From IMG/VR virus record IMGVR_UViG_3300043654_000004, positions 1 through 55,445 of that record: a stretch of 55,445 bases of DNA; one strand, written 5' to 3'. Below are positions 53,520 to 55,445 of the stretch, in pieces (position 1 is the stretch's first letter; every line of letters begins with the position of its first letter). The stretch comes from a virus (lineage: Duplodnaviria; Caudoviricetes). Below the pieces are notes generated by a model. The model ran no database searches and was not told the origin of the DNA. It was given only the letters and a program-made list of their open reading frames with translations. The translations under genes and the position numbers were made by a program.

Positions 53520-55445
53520 TTGAGTTATATTCAAAATAGCGTGAGTGGCAGCAGTGGAACGGTCACCAGTGTAACGTTTACAGGAGACGGAGTTGTTCTT
53601 TCTTCTACGCCTAGCGCTCCGGTTACTACTTCAGGAACGTTAACCGCGACTCTTAATACACAGACTGCCAATACCGTTCTTGCTGGACCTACTTCTGGCG
53701 GTGCAGTTACGCCTACCTTTCGCACTTTAGTAGCTGCTGATCTTCCCGTAGGAACCGGAACTGTTACATCGTTTAGCGCAGGTAACCTTTCTCCTTTATT
53801 TACTACATCTGTAGCTACTCCTACAACTACACCTGCTTTGAGTTTTGCACTAACTAACGCAGGAGGTGGAACTGTCTTTGGCAACAATACCGCCTCAGCA
53901 GGAGCGCCAAGCTACACAATTGCTCCCGTTCTAGGAATCCCCGGTACTTCTACAGGGTCTATCGCCATCGCTAGTTCTACTGCTTCGGGCAAGTTTACAT
54001 TAACCGCCCCGGCAAATGCCGCCACTCCAACTCTAACTCTACCAACAACGAGTAACGTCCTTGCAGGTCAATTTGCTGGAGACGGCACTGTTCTTAGTGC
54101 AACTCTTGCTGTAGCATCTGCCGCAGGTACAGTAACCGCCTCTCTTGCTAACGCAGGCGGAGGGACGGTCCTTGGAAATAATACTACTGGATCAACAACT
54201 CCGACTTATTCTATTGCGCCAGTCTTAGGAATTCCCGGAACGTCAACTGGAACAATTGCCCTTGCTAGTTCGACAGCCTCTGGTAAATTTACATTGACTG
54301 CGCCTGCTAGCGCAGCTACGCCTACTCTAACACTACCAACCACGACTAATGTTCTTGCAGGACAATTAGCAGGCGATGGAACAGTCTTCAGCGCATCTCT
54401 TGTAACCGCTTCCGCAGCAGGAACGATTACACTTCCAACTCCACAAAATCAGACGGCCAATACTTTCTTTGCAGGGCCTACTTCTGGAGGGGCCGCTGCA
54501 CCTACATTCCGGGCAATAGTAAATGCTGACATTCCGTCTGGAACGGTGTTGTGGAATCAAATCGGCTCAGCTACTGGAAATCTTAGTCTTTCTAATGCTG
54601 GAAATACGACGACATTTAATCAAACATCAGCCGTAGCATGGCTATGGTCGAATACAACAGCCGCAGTCTCTGGAACGGCTCAGTCTTCTCCCTTACTTGA
54701 ATTAGCAGGGCAAGTATTTTCAGGCATAGGTTCAAACACAAGCACTTGGACTGTGCAAAATGTATGTTCTAATAGCACAACAATTGAAGGCACTAGCGAA
54801 TTAGTTTTTTTACAAACAAATTCTGGTAGTTTGCAACAGTCGTGGGCTTTAGACGTACAACAAGTCGCCTTCGGAAATGGAAGTACTGGTGGCCCTTTTG
54901 TGGGCGGAGGTTTTGGTTTTAGTGGGACCAAAGCGACAGGTTCTAGTTACCCAGATATGATCGTTGGAGAAGGGTCTGGTAATTTTTCATTAGTACCGTC
55001 TTCTTCTACTTCTGTAAACGTCGGTTCTACCTTAAATTTTTATAGTAATGCAGCCACCACTACTAATTCTAAAACTTGGGTTATTACATCTGGCCAAAAT
55101 AATGCTACTGGAAACGTAAATTTCACCGTACAACCTTCTCAAAATATAAATGGTAATATAATAACGTTAGCTTGCGCAAATGGAACTTACAGCGCTAAAC
55201 CCGGAATTACTTTAGGAGGTAATGGCGGAGGCAATTCTAAGAATTTCGCCGCGACTAGCGGGGTTAATCAAATTGCTGTTTCAGTCGGAGGTATTTCAGG
55301 CGCAGGCGCAGTTACTTTTAATCCTGCTTCTGGTACAGCTACGTTTACAGCTTTTGCAGTTCAACCTGTCATTAATCAAACTAGTACAGCTTCAGGAAGT
55401 TATACAGGAATTCTTCTTTCTGTTACAGAAACTTCTCTTAAAGGG
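53520..55445 (+). CDS. Long Ser/Thr/Gly/Ala-rich tail fibre, 3' end outside the window (absent from ORF track)
   Basis: TTG after GGGAG; frame open for 642 codons; GTVTSV fibre motifs; 98-aa internal duplication. Confidence 0.85.
   Translation, partial: MSYIQNSVSGSSGTVTSVTFTGDGVVLSSTPSAPVTTSGTLTATLNTQTANTVLAGPTSGGAVTPTFRTLVAADLPVGTGTVTSFSAGNLSPLFTTSVATPTTTPALSFALTNAGGGTVFGNNTASAGAPSYTIAPVLGIPGTSTGSIAIASSTASGKFTLTAPANAATPTLTLPTTSNVLAGQFAGDGTVLSATLAVASAAGTVTASLANAGGGTVLGNNTTGSTTPTYSIAPVLGIPGTSTGTIALASSTASGKFTLTAPASAATPTLTLPTTTNVLAGQLAGDGTVFSASLVTASAAGTITLPTPQNQTANTFFAGPTSGGAAAPTFRAIVNADIPSGTVLWNQIGSATGNLSLSNAGNTTTFNQTSAVAWLWSNTTAAVSGTAQSSPLLELAGQVFSGIGSNTSTWTVQNVCSNSTTIEGTSELVFLQTNSGSLQQSWALDVQQVAFGNGSTGGPFVGGGFGFSGTKATGSSYPDMIVGEGSGNFSLVPSSSTSVNVGSTLNFYSNAATTTNSKTWVITSGQNNATGNVNFTVQPSQNINGNIITLACANGTYSAKPGITLGGNGGGNSKNFAATSGVNQIAVSVGGISGAGAVTFNPASGTATFTAFAVQPVINQTSTASGSYTGILLSVTETSLKG

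Noticed and set aside
53856-54440. Diversity-generating retroelement TR/VR pair
   Set aside because: Differences are mostly synonymous and not adenine-specific; both copies are in one ORF and no reverse transcriptase is present
53531-54931. Minus-strand ORFs 53531-53887, 54366-54560 and 54680-54931, and similar short antisense ORFs across the window
   Set aside because: Shadow frames of long plus-strand genes, without SD sequences or recognisable motifs
1-55445. Host assignment and lifestyle
   Set aside because: No integrase, repressor or host gene in the window; cannot be determined without database comparison

Overview
A roughly 55-kb segment of a tailed dsDNA bacteriophage genome with podovirus-like organisation and genetic code 11. 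The leftward arm (1-5009, minus strand) holds an SSB-like gene, an AEP-type primase with a C-terminal HTH, an AT-rich 9-bp repeat array (candidate origin), a family-A DNA polymerase, a circularly permuted two-piece tmRNA gene with its own promoter, and a secreted protein. The rightward arm holds a nine-gene glycosyltransferase/methyltransferase/epimerase cluster, small genes (SprT-like, dual-specificity phosphatase, HiPIP-like), terminase, a portal split by a tiny group I intron, scaffold, a major capsid gene split by two group I introns, adaptor/nozzle/ejection proteins, a nucleotide-metabolism module, dispersed lysis genes and a tail fibre running off the end. The most striking item is the tmRNA locus: the 5' end of its acceptor piece carries a toehold-hairpin that is antisense to a canonical tmRNA 3' end, suggesting the phage may block the host tmRNA and replace it (inference). 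Other highlights are a group I intron apparently ending in A instead of G, a 188-191-nt intron, and GT31/GT17-type glycosyltransferases. All protein assignments come from motif recognition by eye; no database search was run.
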